Source: Myxococcota bacterium (GTDB lineage Bacteria > Myxococcota_A > UBA796 > UBA2385). From it: a DNA stretch of 64,000 nucleotides. The translations under genes and the position numbers were made by a program. Shown piece after piece: positions 27,084-36,469 of this stretch (position 1 is its first letter; each line of letters begins with the position of its first letter). The stretch is taken from positions 1 through 64,000 of the forward strand of contig JBIJDH010000026.1 in NCBI GenBank assembly GCA_044344255.1, given 5' to 3'. The notes beneath the pieces were generated by a model that worked only from the letters and a program-made list of their open reading frames with translations, had not been told where the DNA came from and made no database searches.

Positions 27084-27209
27084 ATGAACAGCCAGCCCAC
27101 CCGCAAGATCACCCTCGCCGACCTCGCCTCCAGCGAGGCCCAGGCGAGCCTGCCCATCCGCACCGGCGTCCGCGCGGGCTCCGGCAAGGATGGCCGCTTC
27201 CGCTTCTGA
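27084..27209 (+). CDS. 41-aa peptide, candidate RiPP precursor
   Basis: RBS AGGAG at 27073; MNSQPTRKITLADLASSEAQASLPIRTGVRAGSGKDGRFRF; GC-rich third codon positions like the neighbouring genes. Confidence 0.75.
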   Translation: MNSQPTRKITLADLASSEAQASLPIRTGVRAGSGKDGRFRF

Positions 27210-27236
27210 GGCCGCCACCGCGCTGTAGGAGCCCGC

Positions 27237-28589
27237 ATGCACCCGATCTCCCTCACCTCTGCCTCGGGCCTGTCCTCGACCTCGCCGGGCGAGGAGGCCT
27301 TCTGGCGGCGCTTCGTCGCCGAGCACCACACCCGGGGGCCGGCGGTCTATCGTCAGCCCTTCGGGCAGCCCTTCGTGGAGGCGGGGGAGGTCTTTGCGTG
27401 GACCGTGGCGGCGGCGGAGCGGCGGCGGCAGGGCCTCGTCGGCCCACGGTTTCGCCTCTACGGCCAGGATGGAGAGCTCGCCGGCGCGCCGGTAGACTGC
27501 CTGCCCACCGCCGCGGACGGGGGCTTCGCCGGCTGGCTCGACCGGGTCGAGGCCGAGCACCCCGAGCTCGGGATGGTCTGTAACGACCTGCAGGCGATCG
27601 ACCCGGCGCTCTGGTCGAGGGTGCGGCGCTTCCTGTCGGGCCTCTTCTCCCGGGTGGGGCTGCCGCCCGGCGGCGCGATGTTCGACCTCTTCGTGGGCCG
27701 CTACCGGCGCGGCTTCTTTGGCCTCCACAAGGACGACCAGGACGTCCTCACCTTCGTCATCGAGGGGAAGAAGCGCTTCCTCGTCTGGCCCTTCGAGACC
27801 TTCGCCGGGGAGCCGGGCTTTGACCCCGGCGCCCGCCTCCTCCCGGCCCGGCTGGGGGAGATCGAGGCGCGATACCGGGACGAGGCTGTGCTGCTCGAGG
27901 GCGGCCCCGGCGACCTGCTCTATTGGCCCGCTGAGTGGTGGCACCTGCCGGTCTCTCCGGACGGGGAGCTGGCGGTCACGGCGGGCTTCGGCCTCTTTCG
28001 CGGCTCGAACCCGCTCCTGTTCTATCGAGACGCCGTGCAGGGGCTGCTCGAGGAGTCCGCCCTCCCGCCGCCGCCGCTCGAGCGCCTCCCGGTCGGGGGT
28101 GACCTCGCCGCCGAGGCGGAGCGGGCGCTCGACGCGGTCCTGGACTGGCTGCGTCACCCGTCGATCCGAGCCCGCGCCGTCGAGCAGGTCCTCGGCTGGA
28201 GCAGCGGGATGGGCTTTCAGACGCTCCCCGACCCGGCACCTGCGCCCGAGCTCGCCCCGAGTGACCACCTCCGAGCCGACCCTCCGGGGGCCCTCGCCTG
28301 GGCCGTCACCGACGGTGAGGTGCTGCGGTGGTCGGCGGGGGGCCGAGTCTTTCGTTATCCCTATCACCCGGGCTTCGAGTGGGCGCTGGAGCGACTGAAC
28401 GCAGGGGAGACGCTCGGGGTGGGCGAGCTCGAGGCGGCGCTGGCCACGCCTTGGGAGAGAGAGGGGGGCTGGGAGGGAGAGGGGGGCCCGGTGGAGCTCG
28501 ATCCTCTGGTGATCCACGCCTTCCTCGGGCAGCTCCTCCGCCAGCGGGCGGTCTGTCGGGTCGCAGACGGGCGGATCGATCAGGCCTGA
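27237..28589 (+). CDS. JmjC/cupin 2-oxoglutarate-Fe(II) oxygenase with a winged-helix-like C-terminus
   Basis: FGLHKDDQD (HxD), EGKKRF.VWP, GDLLYWP..WWH (distal His); RBS AGGAG. Confidence 0.85.
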   Translation: MHPISLTSASGLSSTSPGEEAFWRRFVAEHHTRGPAVYRQPFGQPFVEAGEVFAWTVAAAERRRQGLVGPRFRLYGQDGELAGAPVDCLPTAADGGFAGWLDRVEAEHPELGMVCNDLQAIDPALWSRVRRFLSGLFSRVGLPPGGAMFDLFVGRYRRGFFGLHKDDQDVLTFVIEGKKRFLVWPFETFAGEPGFDPGARLLPARLGEIEARYRDEAVLLEGGPGDLLYWPAEWWHLPVSPDGELAVTAGFGLFRGSNPLLFYRDAVQGLLEESALPPPPLERLPVGGDLAAEAERALDAVLDWLRHPSIRARAVEQVLGWSSGMGFQTLPDPAPAPELAPSDHLRADPPGALAWAVTDGEVLRWSAGGRVFRYPYHPGFEWALERLNAGETLGVGELEAALATPWEREGGWEGEGGPVELDPLVIHAFLGQLLRQRAVCRVADGRIDQA

Positions 28590-30446
28590 TCAGAGGAACC
28601 CGAGCAGGCCCGCCGCACACCAGGCCTCTGTGGGCCGGGTGAGCCGCGCGCGGAGGCAGTCGAGCTCCTGTCGGGTCCGCGCGGCGGTGGCGGTGTCCCC
28701 GGCGGCTCTCGCGGCCTCGGCTTGGAGCTCGAGGAGCTGAATCCAGTCATTCCGGAGGCGGTAGCGGCTGGCGGTGCGGATCCCCTCGGCGGCCGCCCTC
28801 ACCGCGGCCTCGGGCTCGCCCCCCTCGAGGAGGAGGAGCGTGAGGTGGCGGTCGGGCCGCACGCTCACCACGGAGGTCTCGATGGCCTGCTCGGCGAGGC
28901 GGAGGGCCGCCTCCCGGTCCCCGGCGGCCGCCGCCGAGAGGGAGGCCTCGAGCAGATAGGGGCCGTAGCGCCGGGCCTCGCCGACCTCTCGCACCACCCG
29001 CCTTAGCACGACACAGTCCTCGGGGAAGGGCACCACGAGCAGGGCGGAGAAGGCCTCCGTGAACAGACAGCCGAGGCCGGCCTCGGTGGTGTATCGCTGC
29101 AGCTCGCTCCGCTCGTCTGTCCGTGTGAGCGCCCGCCAGGCCGGCTGAGGCGGCCCCGACTGGAAGGCGGACAGCGCGGGGCGCGCAGCGACCCAGTCCA
29201 TCGCCGCGCGGGCGTCGGGCATCACCCGCGGCGCGTGCCCGACCGGGGCGCTGGCGAGGGTGAGGGCGTCGAGGCGAGGGTCATAGACCCCCGGGGTGAG
29301 CGGGGCCACGCTCACGAGGTTGGAGGTGGGGAGGAGCACGTCGAGGAGCGGCCGGGCGGACAGGGCGAAGAGGCCGAGGCTGAGCGCGACCGCCGCCACC
29401 CGCTCCGATCTGCCGACGGCCGCGGCCCCGCTCCGGCCCCAGAGGCGGCCGACGCCGCCGCAGAGCCCGGCGAGGCCGTTGCCGACCAGCAGCACGAAGA
29501 GGGGCTGCAGCGGCGCATAGAGATAGGTCTTGCCGAGCGTGTCTCGGTTCGACGACCACAGATAGGTCACGAGCAGGCCAGCCGCCAACCAACCGCCGAG
29601 CAGGCCGCCGACCGCGCGCTGACGGGCGGCGCGGAGCAGGCCGAGGAGGCCCAGCAGCACGAGGAGGGTGCCGCCCATCGGCCGGTAGTCGGGCCCGACA
29701 GACCACCACAGGAAGTGCCAGACCTCCACGCTCCGCTCGGCCGGCCTCTCCTGGAGGGACTGGCTGACCATCGGGCCGAGCACCCAGGGCAAGAAGGACA
29801 GCGCGGCGACGGAGAGGGCGGCGGCGCCCAGCAGGGCACGCTCGCGTCGCGACGGGCCCTCTCCCGGGGAGAGAGCCAACCCGAGCAGGCCGCCGAGCCC
29901 GGCGCCAGCCACCGCGAGGCCCATGTCGTAGTGGACCCACAGGCCGAGGCCGAGGGACAGGGCGAGGCCCAGCGCCGCCTGCCGCGGCCGCGGCCCGTGG
30001 ACGAGGGAGAGGGCCGAGGCGAGGGCGGTGGCGCCGAGCAAGGTGGTGAGCGTGCCCGAGCGGGCGTTCGCCGCATAGGCCGTGTGGAAGGGGCTGAGCG
30101 CGAGGCAGAGGCCGGCGAACCATCCGGCGCGGCGGCCGAGGTGGGTCACCGCCGTGTGGTGGACCACCGCGATGGCCAGCAGCGCCGAGAGCGCGGCGGG
30201 GACGCGGAGCATCGCGACGGTGGGCGAGAGGCGCACCAGCAGCGCCTCGAGGAAGAAGAAGAGCGGCGGGTGCCGGTCGCGGGCCACCTCGTCGTAGAGG
30301 CCCTGCAGCGGCAGGGCGCTCACGCGCAGGGTCCAGCTCTCCGCGTCCCACATCGGCCAGTGGTCGAGCCCCCAGACATAGACCGGGAGCACCATGAACA
30401 GCAGCAGCGCCGTCTCGCGGCGGGGAGTGACAGGCGACATGCTCAC
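28590..30446 (-). CDS. GT-C (GT39/PMT-like) membrane glycosyltransferase with a TPR-like tail
   Basis: MWDAESWT, DRHPPLFF, LRVPAAL, SPFH..YA..AR; many TM segments. Confidence 0.75.
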   Translation of the reverse strand: MSMSPVTPRRETALLLFMVLPVYVWGLDHWPMWDAESWTLRVSALPLQGLYDEVARDRHPPLFFFLEALLVRLSPTVAMLRVPAALSALLAIAVVHHTAVTHLGRRAGWFAGLCLALSPFHTAYAANARSGTLTTLLGATALASALSLVHGPRPRQAALGLALSLGLGLWVHYDMGLAVAGAGLGGLLGLALSPGEGPSRRERALLGAAALSVAALSFLPWVLGPMVSQSLQERPAERSVEVWHFLWWSVGPDYRPMGGTLLVLLGLLGLLRAARQRAVGGLLGGWLAAGLLVTYLWSSNRDTLGKTYLYAPLQPLFVLLVGNGLAGLCGGVGRLWGRSGAAAVGRSERVAAVALSLGLFALSARPLLDVLLPTSNLVSVAPLTPGVYDPRLDALTLASAPVGHAPRVMPDARAAMDWVAARPALSAFQSGPPQPAWRALTRTDERSELQRYTTEAGLGCLFTEAFSALLVVPFPEDCVVLRRVVREVGEARRYGPYLLEASLSAAAAGDREAALRLAEQAIETSVVSVRPDRHLTLLLLEGGEPEAAVRAAAEGIRTASRYRLRNDWIQLLELQAEAARAAGDTATAARTRQELDCLRARLTRPTEAWCAAGLLGFL

Positions 30447-30577
30447 GCGGCGCCCGTAAACGGGGCGCGGCCGGGTGTCGAGCGCCGGCCCCCGGGCGCA
30501 GAGAGCGTGTTTCGTTTCGTTTCAGGCGTGGAACGAGACCCTGGACCGACGAAACGGGCGGACCGCCGCCGCGCCGA

Positions 30578-30823
30578 TCAGGCCGCGCCCAAGGCCCGCC
30601 CGCGCCGATAGGCGAGGAGGCCGATCGCCCCGAAGAGCCACAGCCAGGGGGCCCCATGAAAGGCGAGGTCCAACCAGTCCATCGGGGCCATGCCCACCGC
30701 TCCGCCCGCCACCCAGCGCAGCTTGCCGAGGATGTGCGGCTCAGGCACGAAGGGCGCGAGGCCGAGGGTGAGCGAGGCGACGAGGAGGGGGGCGGTGGGG
30801 GCCACCCGGGCGGTGGGGGGCAT
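30578..30823 (-). CDS. Small conserved membrane protein
   Basis: LTLGLAPFVPEPHI.GKL.W...G...M..MDW.DL..HG.PW pattern of a recurrent small protein family. Confidence 0.7.
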   Translation of the reverse strand: MPPTARVAPTAPLLVASLTLGLAPFVPEPHILGKLRWVAGGAVGMAPMDWLDLAFHGAPWLWLFGAIGLLAYRRGRALGAA

Positions 30824-30825
30824 GG

Positions 30826-31029
30826 TCAGCGCTTCACAGGGCAGGTGCTGACCCCGATCAGGCTGTAGATCGGGCACATCCCCACGAGGCCCGTGATCAA
30901 GGGCACCAGCCCCACGAGGCCGAAGGGGGTCTTGGGCCCGACGAAGACGATCGCGAGCAGCGCGACGCCCAAGGTGACGCGCAGGGCGCGGTCAAGGGTG
31001 CCTTCATTGACGCGGAAGAAGCTGGACAT
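30826..31029 (-). CDS. DUF2892 (YgaP-like) membrane protein
   Basis: NEGTLDRALRVTLG...PLITGLVGMCPIYSLIGVSTC signature. Confidence 0.9.
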   Translation of the reverse strand: MSSFFRVNEGTLDRALRVTLGVALLAIVFVGPKTPFGLVGLVPLITGLVGMCPIYSLIGVSTCPVKR

Positions 31030-31075
31030 GGGTGGCTCCGGGGGGTGCGGTCGCTCCGCGCCCTCCCCGGTGGTG

Positions 31076-31091
31076 TGCAAGGCCCGTGCCG
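31076..31091 (-). promoter_or_regulatory. Putative sigma54 promoter for DUF2892
   Basis: Minus strand CGGCAC-GGGCC-TTGCA, about 47 nt upstream of the ATG. Confidence 0.7.
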
Positions 31092-31121
31092 GTCTTCCGG
31101 AGTCTGATCAGGGGAGCCCGG

Positions 31122-31685
31122 TCAGCGGAGCCCGCGCACCAGGACCACGACGCCGAAGATCGCGAAGAGCGCCGCCGCCACGTAGCGGACCTTGGAGAGG
31201 TCGACCTTTCCGGCGAGGCGGTCGCCGATGAAGACCACGGGCACGTTGGCGATCATCATCCCGAGGGTGGTGCCGAAGATGACGCTCACGGTCTGCCCGG
31301 GGTGGGCGGCGGCGAGGCCGACGGTGGCGAGCTGGGTCTTGTCGCCCATCTCGGCGAAGAAGAAGGCGATGAGGGTGGCCAGGAAGGCGCCGCGCGGGGC
31401 GGGCTCGGTGGCGTCGTCGAGCGTGTCTGGGATGAGGGTCCAGCCGGCCATCACGAGGAAGGCCACGCCCACGATCCAGCGCAGCAGCTCGGGGCCGATC
31501 CACTCCCCCACCTGGGCGCCGAGCAGCCCGGCGAGGGCGTGGTTGGCGACAGTGGCCACGAAGATGCCGGCGACGATGGGCGCCGGCTGGCGGAAGCGGG
31601 TGGCCAGCACCAGCGCGAGGAGCTGCGTCTTGTCGCCGATCTCGGCGAGGGCGACGGCGAGGGTGGAGGTGAGCAGCGCTTCCAT
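31122..31685 (-). CDS. UPF0016/TMEM165/GDT1-family cation (Mn2+/Ca2+) exporter
   Basis: Two EIGDKTQ/EMGDKTQ motifs. Confidence 0.93.
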   Translation of the reverse strand: MEALLTSTLAVALAEIGDKTQLLALVLATRFRQPAPIVAGIFVATVANHALAGLLGAQVGEWIGPELLRWIVGVAFLVMAGWTLIPDTLDDATEPAPRGAFLATLIAFFFAEMGDKTQLATVGLAAAHPGQTVSVIFGTTLGMMIANVPVVFIGDRLAGKVDLSKVRYVAAALFAIFGVVVLVRGLR

Positions 31686-31724
31686 GGTGAGCCTCGGCGG
31701 GGGCCCCTCGGGCGGGTCGGCCGC

Positions 31725-32543
31725 TTAACCGCCGCCGTCGAGCCTGCGCATGAGACGTTCATGATAGTCGGCCTCGTGGCGGAAGCCGAGCTGTGTGTAA
31801 AGGGCGATGGCGACGCGGTTGTCGGCGTGGACGTTGAGGCCGATGCGGGTTCTGGCCCCGAGGCCTCGGCAGACCGCGCTCGTGACCGCGGCGCCGAGGC
31901 CCTGCCCGCGGTGGTCGGGGTCCACGGTGATGTTGCCGAGGGCGGCGACGCCCTGCGCCGGGGCGGAGACGTGCACGCCGGCCACCGCGACGAGGCGCGC
32001 GCCGCGCCAGATGCCCCGATAGGCCCCGGTCTCGAGCATCCGCGGGATGAACCAGTTCTCGGGATAGGCCCGCGCATAGAGGGACAGGACGGCCGGGAGG
32101 TCGGCCGGCCCGAGGGGGACGGCGTCTTGGGGGTCGGCGAGGGCGCCGGGATCGGTGAGGGTCATCTTCTGGTGCGCGCTCTCGTGCTCTACGAGCCAGC
32201 CCGGCCCGAGTGAGAGGCCCGGGCTCAGGTGGGCGTAGAACACAGGCGGGAGGACCGTGGACAGGCCCAGGAGCAGGGCGGAGGCCGCCGCGGGCCGCTG
32301 TCGTTCGAGGAGGAGGAGGGTCGGCAGCTCCGCTCCGGTGAACAGGAGCGCGAGGGACTGGAGCGCGCCGTCCTCCCCGCGTAGCCCGAAGTACCGGCAA
32401 TGCGGCCAATAGAAGGGGTCGAGGTCTCCCAGCTCATAGAGGTGGAGGGCGAGGTCCCGCGTGAGGAAGGCGCCGATCTCGGCTTGGTCTCGGACGAGCG
32501 TGGGGGGTGCGGTCGGCGCGAAGGCGGCGTTCGGTGGCGGCAT
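31725..32543 (-). CDS. GNAT-family N-acetyltransferase
   Basis: ITVDPDHRGQGLG and LNVHADN..AIALY.QLGF. Confidence 0.88.
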   Translation of the reverse strand: MPPPNAAFAPTAPPTLVRDQAEIGAFLTRDLALHLYELGDLDPFYWPHCRYFGLRGEDGALQSLALLFTGAELPTLLLLERQRPAAASALLLGLSTVLPPVFYAHLSPGLSLGPGWLVEHESAHQKMTLTDPGALADPQDAVPLGPADLPAVLSLYARAYPENWFIPRMLETGAYRGIWRGARLVAVAGVHVSAPAQGVAALGNITVDPDHRGQGLGAAVTSAVCRGLGARTRIGLNVHADNRVAIALYTQLGFRHEADYHERLMRRLDGGG

Positions 32544-32546
32544 GGC

Positions 32547-33425
32547 TCAGGGGAGGGCCCCGAGGAGCGCGTCCCAGTAGGGGGGCAGCGTGTCCCAGGG
32601 GTTCGGCAGGGTGTCGTCGGTGATGTAGACGCGCCCATAGCCGACAGACCAGGCCTCCTCCGCCAGGGCGGCGGCGGCCTCGGCGTCGGGCTGATTGTAC
32701 GCGAGCATCCAGAAGCGGTCGGGGCTGTAGCGGGCCATCCAGGCCGGCTGGGCGGCGGCGTCCCAGCCGCGGGCGTCGTCCTCGAAGAGCAGCAGCACGT
32801 CGATGAAGTCGAGGTAGCTCTCGCAGGTGTCGGTGCCGGGGTTGAGGGCCACGAGGCTGCCCTCGGCGTGGATGGCCGCCGCGTAGCCGTCGTACTGCAC
32901 GCGCACCCCCTCACAGGAGGCGGTGTCCGGCCCTTCGTCGAGGAAGATGCCGTCTACGCCGTACCAGGAATAATAGAGGTGGACCTCGTCGAGGACGTCG
33001 AGCGGGTCTCGCGCTCCGTATCGGGTAGAGACGTAGCCGAGCACCTGCGTGCCGCCGGCCTGAATGGCGGGGACGAGGTCTTGATAGGCCGCGTCGGGCG
33101 TGAAGCCGGGGCCGCTGTTGGGGTTGATGACAGCGACGCTCACGTCGTCGTGGGCCTCGGCGAGCGAGGCCCAGAGGCCGCCGTCGTCGAGGTCGGGATA
33201 GAAGTAGCTCGGGATGGCGATGGTCTGGTGATCGGTGTCTGCGTCGCTGTCTGCGTCGCTGTCTGCATCCGTGTCCGTGTCCGTGTCCGTGTCCGCGTCG
33301 GCGTCAGACTCCTCGGGGGGGCCCGCCTTGGACCCCACGCTGTCGCAGGCGAGGAGCAGGAGGAGCGGGAGGGGCGCGGCGCAGCGCGGCAGCGGCAGGA
33401 CGGCACCGAGGCGGGGAGGGTTCAT
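32547..33425 (-). CDS. Spherulin-4 (GH135-like) glycoside hydrolase lipoprotein with an Asp-rich linker
   Basis: Lipobox LLAC; DADADTDTD linker; PSYFYP, VINPNSGPG, LGYVST.YG, VDGIFLDE, NPWDTLP.YW. Confidence 0.85.
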   Translation of the reverse strand: MNPPRLGAVLPLPRCAAPLPLLLLLACDSVGSKAGPPEESDADADTDTDTDTDADSDADSDADTDHQTIAIPSYFYPDLDDGGLWASLAEAHDDVSVAVINPNSGPGFTPDAAYQDLVPAIQAGGTQVLGYVSTRYGARDPLDVLDEVHLYYSWYGVDGIFLDEGPDTASCEGVRVQYDGYAAAIHAEGSLVALNPGTDTCESYLDFIDVLLLFEDDARGWDAAAQPAWMARYSPDRFWMLAYNQPDAEAAAALAEEAWSVGYGRVYITDDTLPNPWDTLPPYWDALLGALP

Positions 33426-35140
33426 TGGATGTAGCCGAGGGCCCGAAGCGCCGCCTCGTTGAGCGCGGCGGCGTCGCCGGTGGCGTTGGCCAGAGGGGTG
33501 GACAGGGCGGTCTCGGCCTCTCTCGAGCGGGTGCCCGCGTGCGGGAGGGGCGAGCGAGCGCCGGGATCGGCCGCGCGGTCATAGAGCTCCACCCGCGGCC
33601 CCGCGGGGGCGTCCCAGGTGGCGATGGCCCGCCGCTCGCGGCTGCGGGCGCTGGTCTGCTGGGGACCATAGAGGTTGCCGCTGGCCGACAGGACGCGGTC
33701 TGCTGCGAGCGGCCCGCGCAGGTCCTGTCCGGCCCCACCGCCCGCCGGGAGGCCCGCGGCGGCGCGCAGGGTGGCGGCGACGTCCACCAGGGAGGCCTCG
33801 GTCTCGCGGGGCCCGGGGGTGAGGCCCGGGGCGCGCAGGGCGAGCGGGACGTCGAGGACCTCGCCGTGGTGGCTGTGGCCGTGCTCGAAGCCGCCGTGGT
33901 CCCAGAGCTCTTCGCCGTGGTCGGCGGTGAAGAGGAGCACGCCACCCTGCTCGAAGAAGCGGCGGGCCTCGAGCGCGTCGAGGACACGGCCGATCTGCGC
34001 GTCCTCATAGGCCACCTCCCGCCGATAGGCCGCGCGCACCGCCTCCTTCAGGGCGGGGGTGACCTCGACGCGGGACTCGCGCACGTCCTGGGGAGAGTGG
34101 AGGGCGAGGGCGGGGTCGCCGTCGGGGAGGTGGGCGTAGGGGAGGTGGCAGTCGAAGAGGTGGACCCAGAGCAGGAAGCCGCGGTCGGGGGCCGCGTCGA
34201 GCCAGCCGAGGGCGCGGTCGACCACGCGGGCGCCGTCCTGGCTGTGCGGCCCCGGCCGGCGCCCCATCCAGAGCAAGGGCTGGCGGAGGTCTTCGTCGGG
34301 GTTGCTCCAGGTCGAGAAGCCGCGCCGGAAGCCGAGGCCCGAGGCGATGAAGGGGTTGGCGACGAAGGCGGCGGTGGCGTAGCCGGCCCGGCCGAGCTCT
34401 TCGGCCAGCAGGGGCGCGCCCTCGGCCATCGGCGAGAAGCCCCCGGCGGGGATCAAGGCGGCGCCGTGCTCGGCGGGGGTGAGGCCTGTCCAGAGCGAGG
34501 CGAGGGAGGGCACCGTCCAGGAGGCGGTCGCCATCGCCCGCTCCCAGGTGGCGCCGCCCTGCTGCAAGCGCGCCCAGGACTTCATCCTCACCGCCTCGTC
34601 GGAGCGGAGCGTGTCGACCGTGAGCACGACGATGGGCGGGGCGTCGGCCCCGGCGGGGGCCGGGCGGAGGCGGGTGAGGGGAGAGAGGAGGTCTTCGCCC
34701 AGGCGGCGGTGGGGCTCGGCCACCGGGTTCGTGAAGAGCACCACCGCCCGCGCCACCCCGGCCCCGCCCAGGGCGAGGAGGAGGCCGGCGCCGCGGGGGA
34801 GGCGGGTGAGGAGGTCGTCGCCGACCCGCACCGCCATCACGCCGAAGAGCAGCGCGCCGAGGACCGCGAGGGCGAAGGTGGGGCCATGGAGCTCGGGGGC
34901 GCGGAGGGCGGCGCCGGCGATCAGGGCGACTGGGGCCCAGGCGGGGGAGGCGAGCCAGCCGGAGGGGGCGAAGCGGGCCTGGAGGCCGCCCACCAGGGCG
35001 CAGAGGGCGAGCTCGGCGGCGGCCTGCAAGGCGAGGGGGGGCTCGGCGGTCTCGCGGGCGAGGAGGAGCTCACCGACGCCCGCGGTCAGCCAGGCGCCGA
35101 GCGGCCCTGCGGCGGCGTCGGCGAGCCGCCGGCCGGTCAA
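33422..35140 (-). CDS. Membrane-anchored sulfatase-like hydrolase/transferase
   Basis: TVDTLRSD, SWTVPSLAS, FTADHGEE..DHGGFEHGH, LRALGYIQ. Confidence 0.85.
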   Translation of the reverse strand: MTGRRLADAAAGPLGAWLTAGVGELLLARETAEPPLALQAAAELALCALVGGLQARFAPSGWLASPAWAPVALIAGAALRAPELHGPTFALAVLGALLFGVMAVRVGDDLLTRLPRGAGLLLALGGAGVARAVVLFTNPVAEPHRRLGEDLLSPLTRLRPAPAGADAPPIVVLTVDTLRSDEAVRMKSWARLQQGGATWERAMATASWTVPSLASLWTGLTPAEHGAALIPAGGFSPMAEGAPLLAEELGRAGYATAAFVANPFIASGLGFRRGFSTWSNPDEDLRQPLLWMGRRPGPHSQDGARVVDRALGWLDAAPDRGFLLWVHLFDCHLPYAHLPDGDPALALHSPQDVRESRVEVTPALKEAVRAAYRREVAYEDAQIGRVLDALEARRFFEQGGVLLFTADHGEELWDHGGFEHGHSHHGEVLDVPLALRAPGLTPGPRETEASLVDVAATLRAAAGLPAGGGAGQDLRGPLAADRVLSASGNLYGPQQTSARSRERRAIATWDAPAGPRVELYDRAADPGARSPLPHAGTRSREAETALSTPLANATGDAAALNEAALRALGYIQ

Positions 35141-36033
35141 GGGGCCCTTCTCTGCTCGGCGAGGCGGGTCAGGGTCTCGACGAGGCTCTTCTGGATCGCG
35201 CCGGGGGGCGGCACGAGGCCGAAGGCGTCGGGGATGGCGCCGAGCTCGTCCCAGGCGTTCACCTCGACCTCGAGGGTCCAGCCGAGGGAGGGGAGCGTGA
35301 CCACGAGGCCCTCGGGCAGCCAGGCGCGGCCCACCCGCCGGAAGTCGCTGTAGGTCACGGTGGCGAAGGTCTCGGCCAGCTCGAGGCCGCCGCCGGGGCC
35401 GGACCGGCCGAGCTCGAGGGAGAGCACCACGTCCTTTCGGGGGTCGAGCCGGGCGCGGAGCCGGAGGTCCTCACAGCGGAGCCCGGCGGCGGCGCCCTCG
35501 GCGCAGCCCGGGACCTTGGGCGCGCCGAGCACGACGGCCACGTCGCGATCGACGGCCACCGCCGAGAGCAGGGGCGCCTCGGACAAGGGGAGGCGGGCCA
35601 TGAAGATGGAGAGGAGGTCTGCCGGCGACACGGCCCCCCCGCTGAGGGCGCCGAGCACGACGAGGGCGTCGTCGCCGCGGTAGAAGGTCGTGTCCCGCGG
35701 CGACCACACGTGGAGGGCCCGCCCGTCGGTGGCGAGCGTGTAGAAGGGCGTGCCGAGCGGGGTCAGGATCTCGACCCGCAGGCGATCGGGGGCGTGCATC
35801 ACGAGGCCGCCCTTGGTGCTCCCGCCGGTGGCGGGCCCCTTCACGGTGATGTCGAAGCGGGCCTGGAGCGCGAAGGGGGCGGGGGCGTCTCGCTGCTGCT
35901 CGACCACGGCGGAGGGGTCCCGTCGAGGGGAGCGGGCGCCCTCCTTCGGCGCGCAGGCCGCCACCCCGAGCCACAGGAGCGAGAGGAGGAGGAGGGGAGT
36001 CCAAGCACGATGGAGGGGTCGAAGCGGCCGCAT
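35137..36033 (-). CDS. LolA/LolB-fold (DUF4292-like) lipoprotein
   Basis: Lipobox VAAC; PDRLRVEILTPLG motif. Confidence 0.6.
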   Translation of the reverse strand: MRPLRPLHRAWTPLLLLSLLWLGVAACAPKEGARSPRRDPSAVVEQQRDAPAPFALQARFDITVKGPATGGSTKGGLVMHAPDRLRVEILTPLGTPFYTLATDGRALHVWSPRDTTFYRGDDALVVLGALSGGAVSPADLLSIFMARLPLSEAPLLSAVAVDRDVAVVLGAPKVPGCAEGAAAGLRCEDLRLRARLDPRKDVVLSLELGRSGPGGGLELAETFATVTYSDFRRVGRAWLPEGLVVTLPSLGWTLEVEVNAWDELGAIPDAFGLVPPPGAIQKSLVETLTRLAEQRRAP

Positions 36034-36067
36034 CGCGCGCGGTTAACCGATCGGGGCCCCTGGGGGA

Positions 36068-36469
36068 TCAGGGAGCGGGCGGCGCGCTCGGGCTCGGGCT
36101 CGGGCCGGGGCTCGGCGGCACGGCGAGGGTGGCGAGGGCGGCGAGGCCGGCGAGGGCGCGCGGCTCCCCGGGGGCGCGGCGGAGGGCCTCCTCGTAGCGG
36201 GCGCGGGCGAGGGCGACCTCTCCCCGCGCGGCGTGGGCCTCTCCGGCCGCGATCAAGGGGTAGGGGCTCTGTCGGTCGAAGAGGGCGGCCTCCTCGAAGG
36301 CCCGCGCCGCCTCGTCGAGCTCCCCCGCCGAGCGGGCCAGCGCGCCGCGGAGGTACCAGCCCACCGCTGGGGCTTGGAGGGCGGGCGGACGGGGCGGCGT
36401 CGTCGGCGTCGGCGGCGGTGAGGCCGGCGCCCCGCGATGGAGGCACCCGCCGAGCAGGCAGAGGCTCAG
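36068..36469 (-). CDS. Small TPR lipoprotein
   Basis: C-terminal part of ORF 36068..37174; LCLLGGC lipobox; TPR pattern A...FEEAA..D and A.A.YEEALRRAP. Start uncertain (CTG overlapping the upstream TGA). Confidence 0.65.
   Translation of the reverse strand: MSLCLLGGCLHRGAPASPPPTPTTPPRPPALQAPAVGWYLRGALARSAGELDEAARAFEEAALFDRQSPYPLIAAGEAHAARGEVALARARYEEALRRAPGEPRALAGLAALATLAVPPSPGPSPSPSAPPAP

Noticed and set aside
28590..30446. GT-C glycosyltransferase as part of the peptide-JmjC cluster
   Set aside because: It is convergently transcribed and of a type common elsewhere in this window; only adjacency links them.
31686..31725. yybP-ykoY Mn2+ riboswitch upstream of the UPF0016 gene
   Set aside because: Only about 40 nt of intergenic space, and no recognisable motif.
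33230..33310. Asp-Ala/Asp-Thr hexamer repeats (also 39550-39610) and the Pro-Ala run at 44620-44740
   Set aside because: Low-complexity protein linkers common in such lipoproteins, not independent DNA elements.
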